A DNA stretch of 64,000 nucleotides, taken from positions 676,095 to 740,094 of the forward strand of contig CAYVOI010000001.1 of assembly GCA_964453605.1 (NCBI GenBank), given 5' to 3'. Numbering within the stretch: the stretch's first letter is position 1; every line of letters starts with the position of its first letter. Shown here in pieces: positions 33,575 to 44,846 of the stretch. Source of the DNA: an uncultured Gammaproteobacteria bacterium. GTDB taxonomy: Bacteria; Patescibacteriota; Patescibacteriia; Veblenbacterales; UBA10138. Below the pieces are notes generated by a model. It saw only the letters and a list, made by a program, of their open reading frames with translations, was not told the origin of the DNA and did not search any database. The translations under genes and the position numbers were made by a program.

Positions 33575-36565
33575 TTACTCTAGGTGACGGTATTCACACT
33601 GGTGCCGGGTGGCCTCATCAGCTTGCATAAAGCTGTCACTTTTGACCGTGTCAATAATTTCTTTAATCGCTTCCGTGTACTCGGTTTTGAGTGCCGTGAT
33701 CTGCTTGTCGGATGCTACAAAACTTTCGGAGAACTGGTTTGGCTCTAGGTACCAGTACTGCGCACCAACTACCTTCTCACGCAAAAACTCTTGGGCGGCG
33801 ATTTGGTAAATGATGAGCTGATCCCTATCTACTTTGTTGACCTCAGTAGCAGCCGTGCCACCGGTTTTGTAATCAAGAATGGTAAGCCCACCAGTGCCTT
33901 CGTCTAGCCGGTCAATTTTACCGGTGAATTTGTAGGGGCCCATGCCGAACTTGAACATTTTTTCCAAAAACTTTGGCCCGGGCTTAGTCGCCACAAACTG
34001 TTGGTAGAAATTTTTGAGCTGCTGGGGCCCGCGCTTCAGGCGGTACTCGTCTTTGGTTTTTTTATCAGGGTACCAATCGTCTATCCATGAATTCTCAAAT
34101 AAGGTTTTAAGCTCTTGCTCGCTTGGAACCTCTACCTTACCTTTCGCTCCGCCACCTTCTCCAAACAGGCCTTCTTGCACCGCGCCGCTCCGTGCTTGCC
34201 AAAGCTTCATGAATTGTTCCAACGTCCGATGCATGGTTATGCCGAAGCTTAGAGAGTGGTGTCCCGGGCTTGGCAGGCGAAGTAAGTAACGGTACTTGTA
34301 CTCAAGCGGGCACTTGCGAAAGGCGGACACGGAACTAAATGAAAAGCTTTCAGGAATGAGGTACTGGGCTTGTGCCTGCGCTACTACGGCGGGAGCAGTT
34401 GGCTTAAGGCGGGTGGCGGGCGCTGTGGCTTCAGCCTCAGTCACAAACCCAAGTTCATACAGGAATCTAGAGGGTTTGCGCGCGGTTTTGCCAAAGTAGT
34501 CCTCCGCGCGGGTTAAAAACACGCCGTCACACGCGCGGGTAAGGCCTACGTAGAACAACCTGCGCTCTTCTTGCAGGTGCACGTCGCCCTCTGGCAGCAC
34601 CTCTTTAATAAGCTCCCGGGGTAGCTCTATTGGTTCCCGACGTTCAGTGGAAGGGAAACGCCTGTCTACCAGCTGCACTAAGAACACATAGCGCCACTCC
34701 AAGCCTTTAGCCGAGTGCACGGTGATGACCTTGACGGTGTCCGGGCCCTCTTCAGTGTCCTTAGGCAGCTGACCCTCCTCCCCCGCCTCAAGCTCAAGCC
34801 TCAGGTACCTAAGGAAACTGGCTAATGTGCGGTCAGCAGTGTCGAGCTCAAAGCGCTGTAGACGCTGGTAAAACTCCGTCAGGTAGGCTGCTTCACGCAC
34901 TAAGGCCGGGTGCGCCACCCGATCGTTGATGCCTAAGTCCTCCACCACCCGCACGTACACCTCACTTCCTGAGCGCTCACGCGCCAACTTGGTATGCTGG
35001 TCAATGAGTTTTAACAGTCGCTGTACTGTGGCTGCGCCCTCCTGGCTTAGCGGCGGCCCGCCTGGGTTTCGGAGCACCTCATAGAGCGACACGGTGCGGC
35101 GGTAAGCGTAAGCGACCAGGGTGCTGACATCGGCCTGGGGAGTGCGGAACGGCTCCATGGTGAGCACGCGGTACAGCGCCTCTGACTCATGGTAGTTGTC
35201 GAGGAGCTTAAGGTAAGCCGTAACGTCGAGGATAATGGGTTCGCTGTACAGCCCCCGGTTGGCCACATAGTCAAACGGCAGCTGCCGGGCTTTCAGCGCC
35301 TGCAAAAAAATGGGCGCCGAGGCATTAGCGCGCACGAGTATAGCAAAGTCGCGCCACTCAGCCTGGGTTTTTTTCTGCAGCTCAAGAATCTTGGCAACCA
35401 CGGCCTCAGCTTCGGCCTGCGCAGTGGGGAAACTTAGGGCTTCTACTTGTCCCTGGCCCTTGCGTTCGGCCTGGAGCTTCTTCGATAGGCTCTTGCCCTT
35501 GCCAGCGAGTTTTACCTCCAGACGGTAGGGGTTGTTGAGCTGGATAAATTCGTACGCCGTGTCCAAAATGTTCTGGTAGCTGCGGTAGCTCTTGGTTAGG
35601 AAAACTTCTTTTGCGCTCGGGTAATCTTGCTTGAACTCCAAAATGTTGGAAATGGAAGCACCACGGAACTTGTAGATAGACTGGTCGTCGTCCCCTACTA
35701 CGGTAATGTTGTTGAGTGGAGCGGCCAAAAGCTTTATAAGCTCGTACTGAGCGTAGTTAGTATCTTGAAATTCATCAACCAAAATGTACTTGAACTTAGT
35801 TTGAAAGTGCTGCAAAACACGCGGCCTGGTACGGAAAAGCTTGAGGGTGTAGTTAATAAGGTCGCCAAAGTCTAAGCTGCCACTATCGAGCAAGAGTCTT
35901 TGGTACACCGTATAGGCACCAGCTACTTCGTCTAAACGCACAGCCTCTGACTCGTCAGGCGACGCTTCAGCAGCAGCGGGCTTTTTAGCTACAGTTTTTT
36001 TCTTTCTCCCCCTCTTAAGGTACTCTGCGGCGCCAGTGTCTAAACGTTTGCCTTCGGTGAACTTGAGGTAGTCTTCGGGGTATACCTCTTCGTCTTTGGC
36101 ACGCGAGAAGTGCTGCAGCAGGGCGTGGATAAACTTGGTGGGGTTGCCAAGCGGGCGATAGTAATCAAGGTTAAACTCGCTCAAGTGCTCCCGCACTAAC
36201 ATCCACTGCTCAGTTGCAGTGAGAAGCCGAAAATCATTTGGTAGGCCAATCTCGAGGCCCCAATCTTTAAGTACCGACTCGCCAAAGGCGTGAAAGGTAG
36301 AAACCTGCACGTCAACGTAGCCTAAGGGGAGTACCCGGTCCACCCGCTCGGCCATTTCAGTGGCGGCCTTGTCCGTAAAGGTTAGAGCTAAAATCTCGTC
36401 CGGTTTAGCCAAGCCACGTTCAATGAGCCAGGCGATGCGGCGGGTGATGACCGTGGTTTTCCCCGTACCAGCCCCGGCCACAATGAGGAGCGGCCCCGCG
36501 GTGTGGGTTACCGCCGCTTGCTGCTCAGCATTTAAATCTTTAAGTAAGTCTCCGTGCTCCACCAT
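33575..36565 (-). CDS. UvrD/PcrA-family ATP-dependent DNA helicase fused to a C-terminal PD-(D/E)xK nuclease domain (AddA-like architecture)
   Basis: Walker A 'GAGTGKTTV'. Helicase motifs 'VDEFQDTNYAQYELI', 'GDDDQSIYKFRGA', 'TVHSAKGLEW'. C-terminal 'GKIDRLDEG...LTILDYKTG' nuclease motif. Confidence 0.85.
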   Translation of the reverse strand: MVEHGDLLKDLNAEQQAAVTHTAGPLLIVAGAGTGKTTVITRRIAWLIERGLAKPDEILALTFTDKAATEMAERVDRVLPLGYVDVQVSTFHAFGESVLKDWGLEIGLPNDFRLLTATEQWMLVREHLSEFNLDYYRPLGNPTKFIHALLQHFSRAKDEEVYPEDYLKFTEGKRLDTGAAEYLKRGRKKKTVAKKPAAAEASPDESEAVRLDEVAGAYTVYQRLLLDSGSLDFGDLINYTLKLFRTRPRVLQHFQTKFKYILVDEFQDTNYAQYELIKLLAAPLNNITVVGDDDQSIYKFRGASISNILEFKQDYPSAKEVFLTKSYRSYQNILDTAYEFIQLNNPYRLEVKLAGKGKSLSKKLQAERKGQGQVEALSFPTAQAEAEAVVAKILELQKKTQAEWRDFAILVRANASAPIFLQALKARQLPFDYVANRGLYSEPIILDVTAYLKLLDNYHESEALYRVLTMEPFRTPQADVSTLVAYAYRRTVSLYEVLRNPGGPPLSQEGAATVQRLLKLIDQHTKLARERSGSEVYVRVVEDLGINDRVAHPALVREAAYLTEFYQRLQRFELDTADRTLASFLRYLRLELEAGEEGQLPKDTEEGPDTVKVITVHSAKGLEWRYVFLVQLVDRRFPSTERREPIELPRELIKEVLPEGDVHLQEERRLFYVGLTRACDGVFLTRAEDYFGKTARKPSRFLYELGFVTEAEATAPATRLKPTAPAVVAQAQAQYLIPESFSFSSVSAFRKCPLEYKYRYLLRLPSPGHHSLSFGITMHRTLEQFMKLWQARSGAVQEGLFGEGGGAKGKVEVPSEQELKTLFENSWIDDWYPDKKTKDEYRLKRGPQQLKNFYQQFVATKPGPKFLEKMFKFGMGPYKFTGKIDRLDEGTGGLTILDYKTGGTAATEVNKVDRDQLIIYQIAAQEFLREKVVGAQYWYLEPNQFSESFVASDKQITALKTEYTEAIKEIIDTVKSDSFMQADEATRHQCEYRHLE

Positions 36566-36580
36566 ACTGTGTCAAGAATC

Positions 36581-36868
36581 TTATTCTAATATTCTTAAGA
36601 ATTTGAGAATGACACGGCCAACGGCGGTGAGCTCGTGCTGCACTAGGCTGCCACGGTTACGCTTGACTACTAAACCAGGCAGTGTTAACCGACGCAAATG
36701 CTCAGAGGCAGTTTTAAAGTTTATCTTTAACCTATCGGCTACTTCAAAAACCGACAGCTGTGGGCTGCGCTCCAAGAGAAGTAACATCTCAATGCGCCGG
36801 TGATTGGCAAACCCCTTGACTAGACGCTCGAGCTGCCGGGCCTTTTCCATACGAACAGTATACACCAA
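36581..36868 (-). CDS. ArsR/SmtB-family transcriptional regulator
   Basis: 'HRRIEMLLLLERSPQLSVFEVADRLKINFKTASEHLRRL' winged HTH. 95 aa. Confidence 0.8.
   Translation of the reverse strand: MVYTVRMEKARQLERLVKGFANHRRIEMLLLLERSPQLSVFEVADRLKINFKTASEHLRRLTLPGLVVKRNRGSLVQHELTAVGRVILKFLRILE
36585..36610. promoter_or_regulatory. second copy of the operator-like dyad (attctaatattctt|aagaatttgagaat) at the arsR-like / uvrD-like junction
   Basis: Inverted repeat built from the same half-site family. Confidence 0.5.
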
Positions 36869-36872
36869 ACTA

Positions 36873-36908
36873 CCCCATTCTCAAATTCTTAAGAATTTGA
36901 GAATGGGG
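36873..36908. promoter_or_regulatory. 36-bp perfect palindrome (ccccattctcaaattctt|aagaatttgagaatgggg) immediately upstream of the ArsR-family gene. It is a candidate operator.
   Basis: Perfect dyad. Related half-sites recur at 36585-36610 and 57930-57957. Confidence 0.6.
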
Positions 36909-36964
36909 TAAAAAGAAAAACAAACTACCTAAATAAAATAGCTCTAAATTTAGGCCGGGTCGCG

Positions 36965-37408
36965 CTATTCAATTCGGGTACCGAAGCTACCGCGGTCTTT
37001 ATGTTTCCTGACCACCCGCAGGCGGGCTAGCTCTTTCTCGAGCTTGGCGGTAAGGGCCGCGTAGTCGACCTCCTCGGCCACCCGCTTCTGCTGCATGAGC
37101 TGTCGCGCGCGCTCCCTGGCCTCCTCCGCCCGTTGTTCGTCGATTTCTTCCGCCCGCTCGGCTGTATCTGCCAACACTACAACCTTGCCTGGCTTAACCT
37201 CTATAAAACCGCCTGACACTGCCATGCTGATGTGCTCACCGCCTATGGTCACCCGAACCTCGCCTGGCACCAAGCTGGACACCAGGGGCAGGTGGTCGGG
37301 TAGTATGGTGATCTCACCCATTTTGGTGGGCAGCGTAATGGCTGAAACACTTGGCGCTTCAAACACCACGCGCTCAGGAGTTGCAATTTGGAAGTGGAGG
37401 GTTTTCAT
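36965..37408 (-). CDS. atpC: ATP synthase F1 epsilon subunit
   Basis: 'MKTLHFQIATPERVVFEAP...' N-terminal beta-sandwich and C-terminal helical hairpin, located after atpD. Confidence 0.85.
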   Translation of the reverse strand: MKTLHFQIATPERVVFEAPSVSAITLPTKMGEITILPDHLPLVSSLVPGEVRVTIGGEHISMAVSGGFIEVKPGKVVVLADTAERAEEIDEQRAEEARERARQLMQQKRVAEEVDYAALTAKLEKELARLRVVRKHKDRGSFGTRIE

Positions 37409-37429
37409 TAAAAATAAGTTAAATAATCA

Positions 37430-37930
37430 CTACTCTTCGGGTTCGCTTGTAGCGGTGCCTCGCAACCTCTTTTCGGCTTCATAAATATAGCCATCACGAT
37501 AACTTTCATAACCATCCTTCTTGGCTTCCTCATAGGGTGGTTTGGTCGCATACTTCGCCATTAAGTCAGGAAATGCGGGTCCGTCTTCAGCCATTTCACG
37601 TTTAAAAAATTCAGGAAAATCATCGAGTAGGTCCAAGTATTTTTCCAGGCAAGTTACATAGGAAGCTACCCCTGTATAAGTTTGTAACTCATTTTCATAG
37701 TCAAACGTTCTCCCAAAATGTGATATTGCTTGAGACGACACAGCGCCCAAATTGCCAAGATAATCAGCAATATGGTTTGTGTCTATACCCTTTATACCAA
37801 CCCGTTCCTCTACTCGAGCCCATACTTGTTTATATCTACTTATAGCAACTTCAGCACGTTCACGTAACTTCAACCAATCATCATTACTAGGTTTACTCTC
37901 CAGGTGTTCCATTGACTCACGTTCAGGCAT
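37430..37930 (-). CDS. hypothetical protein (low-GC insertion between atpD and atpC)
   Basis: 166 aa, acidic, no recognisable motif. ~43% GC against ~58% in the flanks. Confidence 0.45.
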   Translation of the reverse strand: MPERESMEHLESKPSNDDWLKLRERAEVAISRYKQVWARVEERVGIKGIDTNHIADYLGNLGAVSSQAISHFGRTFDYENELQTYTGVASYVTCLEKYLDLLDDFPEFFKREMAEDGPAFPDLMAKYATKPPYEEAKKDGYESYRDGYIYEAEKRLRGTATSEPEE

Positions 37931-37967
37931 AAATTTACTAAGCTAAATCCCTGGGAAGTCTTGGACA

Positions 37968-39362
<1,395 letters not shown>

Positions 39363-39380
39363 TTAGGTAATAGTTACGAG

Positions 39381-40316
39381 TTAGCCTTCCACGGCCACAC
39401 GGCCGCCGATTATCTCGGCGAGCTCAGCCGTAATGCCAGCTTGCCTGGCCTGGTTAAACTGGAGGGTGAGGGAATCTATCATGTCTTTGGCGGCGTCGGA
39501 AGCGTTACGCATGGCCAACATACGGGCCGAGTGTTCTGAAGCGTCGGACTCGAGCAGCGCTTGGTACACCTGCACCTCAATGAGCCTAGGCAACAGGTCT
39601 TCCAGCACTTCGTCGGGCGTGGGCTCAAACAGGTACTCGTAGCTAACGTGGGTAGCGGTAGTGTCTGCCTCACGCACCTTGGGCTCACCCGGGAGCCTGC
39701 CACCGCCGAGTTCAGCGTCAGGCTCTGGGACAATCGGCAGCAGCTGGCGAATACGTGGTTTTTGGATCAGGGGGGAAATAAAATCGGTGTAGGCCATGAC
39801 TACGCGGTCGTAACGGCCGCTGAGGTAATCATCTATCAAGAGCTTGGCGATGGGCCGCACTTCTTCTACCCGAGTGGTGAGGTCGGCTTTGGTAAACTCT
39901 GCTACCACGGCTTGGCCGTAGCGGAACATAATGTCCCTGCCCCTCCGGCCCACAGCCACCAAATCTGCCCCGAGCTCCACCTGTTGACTTTGGTGCTTAC
40001 GGATAAAAGCGTTGGCACGGTTTGTTACTTGATGGTTAAAGCCACCACAGAGCCCACGGTTGGAAGTTACGAGTACCAAACCAATGCGTTTTACCTCATC
40101 GCGCTTTTGGAGCAACGGGTGGTGTGATGGGTCGGTGCGTGAACTTAGTTCGGTGAGCAGACTCCACCCCAAAGCGGCGTAAGTACGCGTGGCGAGCACG
40201 TTCTGGACCGCCCGGCGCATTTTAGCAGCCGACACCAGCTCCATCGCCTTGGTGATCTGGCGGGTGTTCTTGATGGAGCGAATGCGACGCTTAATTTCGC
40301 GAGTGGCTTGCGGCAC
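39381..40316 (-). CDS. atpG: ATP synthase F1 gamma subunit
   Basis: 'IKRRIRSIKNTRQITKAMELVSAAKMRRA' N-terminus and 'LTLQFNQARQAGITAELAEIIGG' C-terminus, both typical of gamma. Confidence 0.9.
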   Translation of the reverse strand: MPQATREIKRRIRSIKNTRQITKAMELVSAAKMRRAVQNVLATRTYAALGWSLLTELSSRTDPSHHPLLQKRDEVKRIGLVLVTSNRGLCGGFNHQVTNRANAFIRKHQSQQVELGADLVAVGRRGRDIMFRYGQAVVAEFTKADLTTRVEEVRPIAKLLIDDYLSGRYDRVVMAYTDFISPLIQKPRIRQLLPIVPEPDAELGGGRLPGEPKVREADTTATHVSYEYLFEPTPDEVLEDLLPRLIEVQVYQALLESDASEHSARMLAMRNASDAAKDMIDSLTLQFNQARQAGITAELAEIIGGRVAVEG

Positions 40317-40355
40317 AAAAGTAAAATCAAAAATTAAAAATCAAAATGCAAAAAT

Positions 40356-40757
40356 CTAATCTTGTTTCTGCCGCCAATCATAGTATGGCAGTAAGTCTTT
40401 TAGCTTTATGAGTTTACCTTTATCTAACACAACGTCTGTTTCTAAGTTCGCCTTACTAACCTGCCACATAAATTCGCGACACCTCCCACATGGCGAAAGA
40501 ATGACATCATAACCATCGTTATCTTTTGCAACGGCTACTATTTTCTTTATTACGTATTCGCCGTTAGTAATCATGGACCCGATAGCATTATGCTCAGCGC
40601 AAAATCCCATACCAGAACTAGCGTCAATGCAGACACCAAGGTAGAGATTATCCCTGTCTGTTACCAAAGCACATCCAACGGTACCCGACTGAAATTCTCC
40701 AGTTTTATTTGGCTTCACTATAGCTGCAGCTTTTGCTATAAGGTCTTCATTAGTCAT
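40356..40757 (-). CDS. cytidine/deoxycytidylate deaminase-family protein (blasticidin-S-deaminase-like). Low-GC gene inserted between atpA and atpG.
   Basis: Zn-binding motifs 'CAEHNAI' (H/C-A-E) and 'SPCGRCREFM' (PCxxC). 133 aa. ~40% GC. Confidence 0.7.
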   Translation of the reverse strand: MTNEDLIAKAAAIVKPNKTGEFQSGTVGCALVTDRDNLYLGVCIDASSGMGFCAEHNAIGSMITNGEYVIKKIVAVAKDNDGYDVILSPCGRCREFMWQVSKANLETDVVLDKGKLIKLKDLLPYYDWRQKQD

Positions 40758-40761
40758 AATT

Positions 40762-42267
40762 TTACATCTGCTTAACTTCAGCGATAGCTTTCTTTAAACC
40801 CTCTTCCACTTCTGGTGTAAGCTCAGGTTTTTCGGCTAACGTCTTGAGCACGGCTTGGGTTTTGAGGTAATCGTGGAAGCGCTTTTCAAAAGTCCGAATT
40901 TGGTCGACTGATATATCATCTAAGTATCCATTCACTGCCGCGTACAGAATGGCGACTTGGTTTTGAACTGGCATGGGCTCGAACTGGCCCTGTTTCAAAA
41001 GCTCGGTGACACGCTTACCCCGCTCGATCTGGCTCTTAGTAGCCTCATCGAGGTCGCTGCCAAACTGCGCAAAAGCGGCGAGTGAGCGGTACTGTGCTAG
41101 GTCCAGGCGGAGCTTGCCGGCTACCTTCTTCATCGCTTTAACCTGGGCAGCCGAACCCACGCGTGACACGGACAAGCCAACGTTCACGGCCGGCCGAATG
41201 CCTTGGTAAAACAGGTCGCTCTCCAAGAAAATTTGCCCGTCGGTAATAGAGATGACGTTGGTGGGCACGTAGGCTGAAATGTCGCCGGCCTGGGTTTCGA
41301 TAATCGGGAGCGCGGTCAAGCTACCGCCACCGTTCTCCTTATTGAGCTTGGCGGCACGTTCGAGCAAACGCGAGTGCAAGTAAAAAATGTCCCCGGGGTA
41401 GGCTTCCCTGCCCGGTGGGCGCCGGAGCAAGAGCGAGATCTGGCGGTAAGCCACGGCGTGCTTGGAAAGGTCATCGTAAACCACCAGAACATCTTTCCCC
41501 TGGTCCATGAAGTACTCACCCATAGCGCAGCCAGCGTAGGGCGCCAAAAAGCTCATAGCCGCGGGGTCGCTGGCACCGGCTGACACGACAATGGTATAGC
41601 TCAAGGCACCGTACTCTTCAAGTTTCGCTACAATGCGCGCCACCTTAGACTCTTTTTGGCCAATACCAACGTAGATGCAGGTAACGTTCTGCCCTTTTTG
41701 GTTCAAAATAGCGTCTATGGCCACGGCGGTTTTACCAGTTTGCCGGTCACCAATCAAGAGCTCACGCTGCCCGCGACCAATGGGGATCATGGAGTCGATA
41801 GCCTTGATGCCTGTTTGTAGGGGCGTGTTTACACCCTCACGCACAATGACGCGTGGGGCAATTTTTTCCACTGGGTACTGCGCCGCGGCCTTAATCTCAC
41901 CCTTGCCATCCAACGGCTGCCCGAGAGGGTTAACCACCCGACCAACGAGGCCTGGCCCCACTGGCACTGACAGAATTTTGCCGGTGGACTTTACGGTGTC
42001 ACCCTCTTTAATTTCTAGGTAGTCCCCGAGGATCATGGCGCCAACCTGGCTTTCTTCTAAGTTCAGCGCCACGCCCATAACGCCATGCGGAAACTCAAGC
42101 ATTTCAGAGGACAAGCAACCCCCGAGGCCTGCCACCTTAGCAATGCCATCACCGACTTCGGTCACCGTGCCAACCGTAGCCGAGGTCACCTTGGCTTCAA
42201 AACCCTTGAGTTCAGCTTCGAGAGTTTGGAGGAGTGTGTCTTTGGTGTGGGTGGTCTTTTCAGTCAT
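40762..42267 (-). CDS. atpA: ATP synthase F1 alpha subunit
   Basis: Walker A 'GDRQTGKTA'. Alpha-specific length and C-terminal region. Confidence 0.95.
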   Translation of the reverse strand: MTEKTTHTKDTLLQTLEAELKGFEAKVTSATVGTVTEVGDGIAKVAGLGGCLSSEMLEFPHGVMGVALNLEESQVGAMILGDYLEIKEGDTVKSTGKILSVPVGPGLVGRVVNPLGQPLDGKGEIKAAAQYPVEKIAPRVIVREGVNTPLQTGIKAIDSMIPIGRGQRELLIGDRQTGKTAVAIDAILNQKGQNVTCIYVGIGQKESKVARIVAKLEEYGALSYTIVVSAGASDPAAMSFLAPYAGCAMGEYFMDQGKDVLVVYDDLSKHAVAYRQISLLLRRPPGREAYPGDIFYLHSRLLERAAKLNKENGGGSLTALPIIETQAGDISAYVPTNVISITDGQIFLESDLFYQGIRPAVNVGLSVSRVGSAAQVKAMKKVAGKLRLDLAQYRSLAAFAQFGSDLDEATKSQIERGKRVTELLKQGQFEPMPVQNQVAILYAAVNGYLDDISVDQIRTFEKRFHDYLKTQAVLKTLAEKPELTPEVEEGLKKAIAEVKQM

Positions 42268-42299
42268 AGAGCGAGTAAGTGATAATTGCCTTAAGTAAA

Positions 42300-42707
42300 T
42301 TACTGAGTTGTGCCAGCGAGCTGGTGGTAGAGGCTGTCGATGCGGCCCTTGAGGGAGGCGTCGTAGCGGCGGTCCCCCACCGTTACCACCAGGCCGCTGA
42401 GCAAATGTGGCTTCACGCTCACGGTGAGCTCAACTTCCTGTCCCACAGCTTTGGTGAGCTCGCGCTTAAGTTTGGTTTCGGCAGCCTCAGTTAGCGGCTT
42501 AGCCACTGCCAGCTCCACACCCGTGACGCCCGACTCCTTGCGCCAGAGTGTTACTACCTCGGAAACGATTCTTTGCCGCCAACCCCAGTGCCGGTGTTTC
42601 CAGACCAGCTGCCAAAACCGCGCGGTAACCGCTGGTAGTTCACGTGGAGCGACCTCGCGTGCTAAACCAAGGTACAGGTTGGCGTAGGTGGCAGGAGTAA
42701 AACGCAT
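42300..42707 (-). CDS. atpH: ATP synthase F1 delta subunit (OSCP)
   Basis: Position between atpF and atpA. ~135 aa, helical. '[15 protein letters not shown]' C-terminus. Confidence 0.75.
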   Translation of the reverse strand: MRFTPATYANLYLGLAREVAPRELPAVTARFWQLVWKHRHWGWRQRIVSEVVTLWRKESGVTGVELAVAKPLTEAAETKLKRELTKAVGQEVELTVSVKPHLLSGLVVTVGDRRYDASLKGRIDSLYHQLAGTTQ

Positions 42708-42711
42708 AGGG

Positions 42712-43212
42712 CTAACGCTTAGCTACCTCCGCCACCGCCTCCTCCACTAACTTTTTATCAAGCTCGGCCCCGGGCAACTTGCTCACAAGTTTAGTAACAG
42801 CCAGCGTCACCAAGCGGGCCGCCTCACGCCGCACCTCGAGCAGGGCAGCGGTTTGCTCAGACTCTAAGCGCGCGCGAGCTTCAGCCACTACCTTTTCTGC
42901 CTCGCCCTTCACCCGGGCCAGTGTTTCCTGGCGCTGGGCTTCAGCCTGTACTTCAGCCTGCTTCAGGAGTGCCTGAGCCTGACGCCTGGCTTCGGCCATC
43001 ACCTCTGCTCGCTTAGCCTCCAAGGCCTTGAGCTCGGTTTCTATCCGCTGAGCCTCGCGCAAACTGTTCTCAATTCGCAAGCGGCGCTGCTCTAAAAACT
43101 TTATGAGCGGCTGGTACAAAAACTTATACAGCACCCCCAGCACAATCAAGAAGTTGACTGCTTGGGCCAGGAGGAGCTTCCAATCGATGCCGAGTTTGTC
43201 TAAGAGTTCCAT
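42712..43212 (-). CDS. atpF: ATP synthase Fo subunit b. The start is placed at the internal MELLDKLG, because the longer ORF reaching 43344 overlaps atpE.
   Basis: N-terminal TM 'LLLAQAVNFLIVLGVLYKFL' followed by a long charged coiled coil. Confidence 0.8.
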   Translation of the reverse strand: MELLDKLGIDWKLLLAQAVNFLIVLGVLYKFLYQPLIKFLEQRRLRIENSLREAQRIETELKALEAKRAEVMAEARRQAQALLKQAEVQAEAQRQETLARVKGEAEKVVAEARARLESEQTAALLEVRREAARLVTLAVTKLVSKLPGAELDKKLVEEAVAEVAKR

Positions 43213-43288
43213 AGAGATGGGTAATGACGCTGGCCAAGCGGCCAGTTCGAGTCCCCCGCCTGCCGGCGGGGGACCGAGAACTGAACGT

Positions 43289-43552
43289 TTAGACGAACTT
43301 AATAATGAGCGCCATGACCAACGCGTAGATGGCGATAGCCTCACAGAACGCGGTGGCCAAAATCATAGCCGTTTGCACCTTAGCGGCGGCTTCGGGGTTG
43401 CGGCCGATGGACTCCATGGCCTTGCCAGCCAGACGGCCAATGGCAAAGGCGGGGAGCATGCCACCAAAGGCGATAGTGGCGCCAGCCGCCATACCCTTCA
43501 GTACCTCCGGAGTGAAGCTGCTGGCTACTTGTGTAACTGCATCTGCTGCCAT
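43289..43552 (-). CDS. atpE: ATP synthase Fo subunit c
   Basis: 87 aa hairpin proteolipid. '[37 protein letters not shown]' with the conserved carboxylate E. Confidence 0.9.
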   Translation of the reverse strand: MAADAVTQVASSFTPEVLKGMAAGATIAFGGMLPAFAIGRLAGKAMESIGRNPEAAAKVQTAMILATAFCEAIAIYALVMALIIKFV

Positions 43553-43682
43553 ACTGTTACCTTTCGTGAATGATCAGGCTGCTACGGCGAATGTTGATTT
43601 ATTATTTAACGCCGTCAGCTTAACCACTCGACTTAAGAAGTTAGTGGCCGGCTCCAAAACGTTGGGGCGAGCCACCAGCTAC

Positions 43683-44456
43683 CTAGTGCTCGGCGTGCTC
43701 TGTGGTGGCAATGGTAAGAAAGACGAGCGTGAGCAGGCTAAACACCAGGGCCTGCACCACGCCCACAAAAATTTCCAAGAAAATAAACGGCAGCGGTGCA
43801 ATATAGGGCACCAGCGCCGAAACCACAATGAGGAGCACCTCACCCGCGAACACGTTACCAAACAAACGGAACGAGAACGAGACCACGCGTGACACTTCGC
43901 TGACCAGCTCTAGAAGCCCCACCCCCAGCATAATAACACTCTGAAAACTGAAGTGCTTGAACAGCGCCTTGAAGTTCAGGTACTTAGCCGCGTGCTTAAA
44001 AAAGCCTAAGGTAATAATGCCAAAGAGCTGCGTGCCCAACACCGATACCAAAGCAATGGCGATGGTGGTATTAAGGTCGGCTGAGGCTGAGCGGAAGAAC
44101 GGCACCAGCACGGTGTGCCCTTCGTGCAGCTGGTAGATGCCAATAGAGCCCACTCCGGGCAGCAACCCAAACCAGTTCGAGAACATGACAAAGAAAAATA
44201 TGGTAGCCACCAGCGGGAAAAAGCGCACCGCCGTCTCGCGTGAGCCAGTAACGCTCGCTACAAAGTCCAAACCACCCTCGATCACCGTTTCAACCACGTT
44301 CTGAAACCCCGTAGGCACCGCCGCGAGTTTACGGCGGTGGAACGCGAGTGCCACCACTACAAACCCCACCATTAACACCAGCGCCACCAATAGCGAATTG
44401 GTGACACTAAAAGACCCGAGATGGAAAATTGGTTCAGCTGCTAGAGAAATGTTCAT
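43683..44456 (-). CDS. atpB: ATP synthase Fo subunit a
   Basis: 5-6 TM helices. 'LFGNVFAGEVLL' contains the conserved Arg-less region, and 'SFSFRLFGN' contains the essential R. Confidence 0.9.
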   Translation of the reverse strand: MNISLAAEPIFHLGSFSVTNSLLVALVLMVGFVVVALAFHRRKLAAVPTGFQNVVETVIEGGLDFVASVTGSRETAVRFFPLVATIFFFVMFSNWFGLLPGVGSIGIYQLHEGHTVLVPFFRSASADLNTTIAIALVSVLGTQLFGIITLGFFKHAAKYLNFKALFKHFSFQSVIMLGVGLLELVSEVSRVVSFSFRLFGNVFAGEVLLIVVSALVPYIAPLPFIFLEIFVGVVQALVFSLLTLVFLTIATTEHAEH

Positions 44457-44459
44457 ACG

Positions 44460-44738
44460 CTACTGCTTCGGTTCTGACTTATCAGCTGTACCCGTGGAAC
44501 TGTCGGCGGCTGTCATAATTGCCTTGGTCTTACGCAGAATAAGGACCGTGGAAATAACTATGGAGAACAAAACTCCGGTGAGGAGCAACCAGGGCGAAGT
44601 ACCAAAGTGCCTATCCGCCAAGCGCCCCAGGAGCGCCAAAACTACCAGCGGTACGGCTATGGTGTAGCCAAGTTCCCAAGCTAAACCAAGGGCAGCAAAG
44701 GTGGTGGAGTGGTTGTGTTTAGGTTGAGTCTCGGCCAT
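44460..44738 (-). CDS. AtpZ/AtpI-family small membrane protein (ATP synthase protein I)
   Basis: 92 aa with 2 TM helices, first gene of the atp operon. Confidence 0.6.
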   Translation of the reverse strand: MAETQPKHNHSTTFAALGLAWELGYTIAVPLVVLALLGRLADRHFGTSPWLLLTGVLFSIVISTVLILRKTKAIMTAADSSTGTADKSEPKQ

Positions 44739-44780
44739 AAGAAAAGTACAGGGAAACGCCGAGTAGTATACCCTGCCCAG

Positions 44781-44812
44781 CCCCTTTCGTCAACGGCTCA
44801 AAAATTTTTTCG
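44781..44812 (-). terminator. intrinsic terminator (ttttttcgct-tacctt-agcgaaaaaa, then TTTTT on the minus strand) that separates the upstream cohesin-like gene from the atp operon
   Basis: 10-bp stem flanked by A and T runs. Likely bidirectional. Confidence 0.55.
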
Positions 44813-44846
44813 CTTACCTTAGCGAAAAAACGAAACCGGCGGGCAG

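Noticed and set aside
36873-36908. The 36-bp palindrome as a Rho-independent terminator of the atp operon.
   Set aside because: On the minus strand the U-rich run precedes rather than follows the stem. On the plus strand the stem is followed by an A-run. The same dyad family recurs in promoter positions, which fits an operator better.
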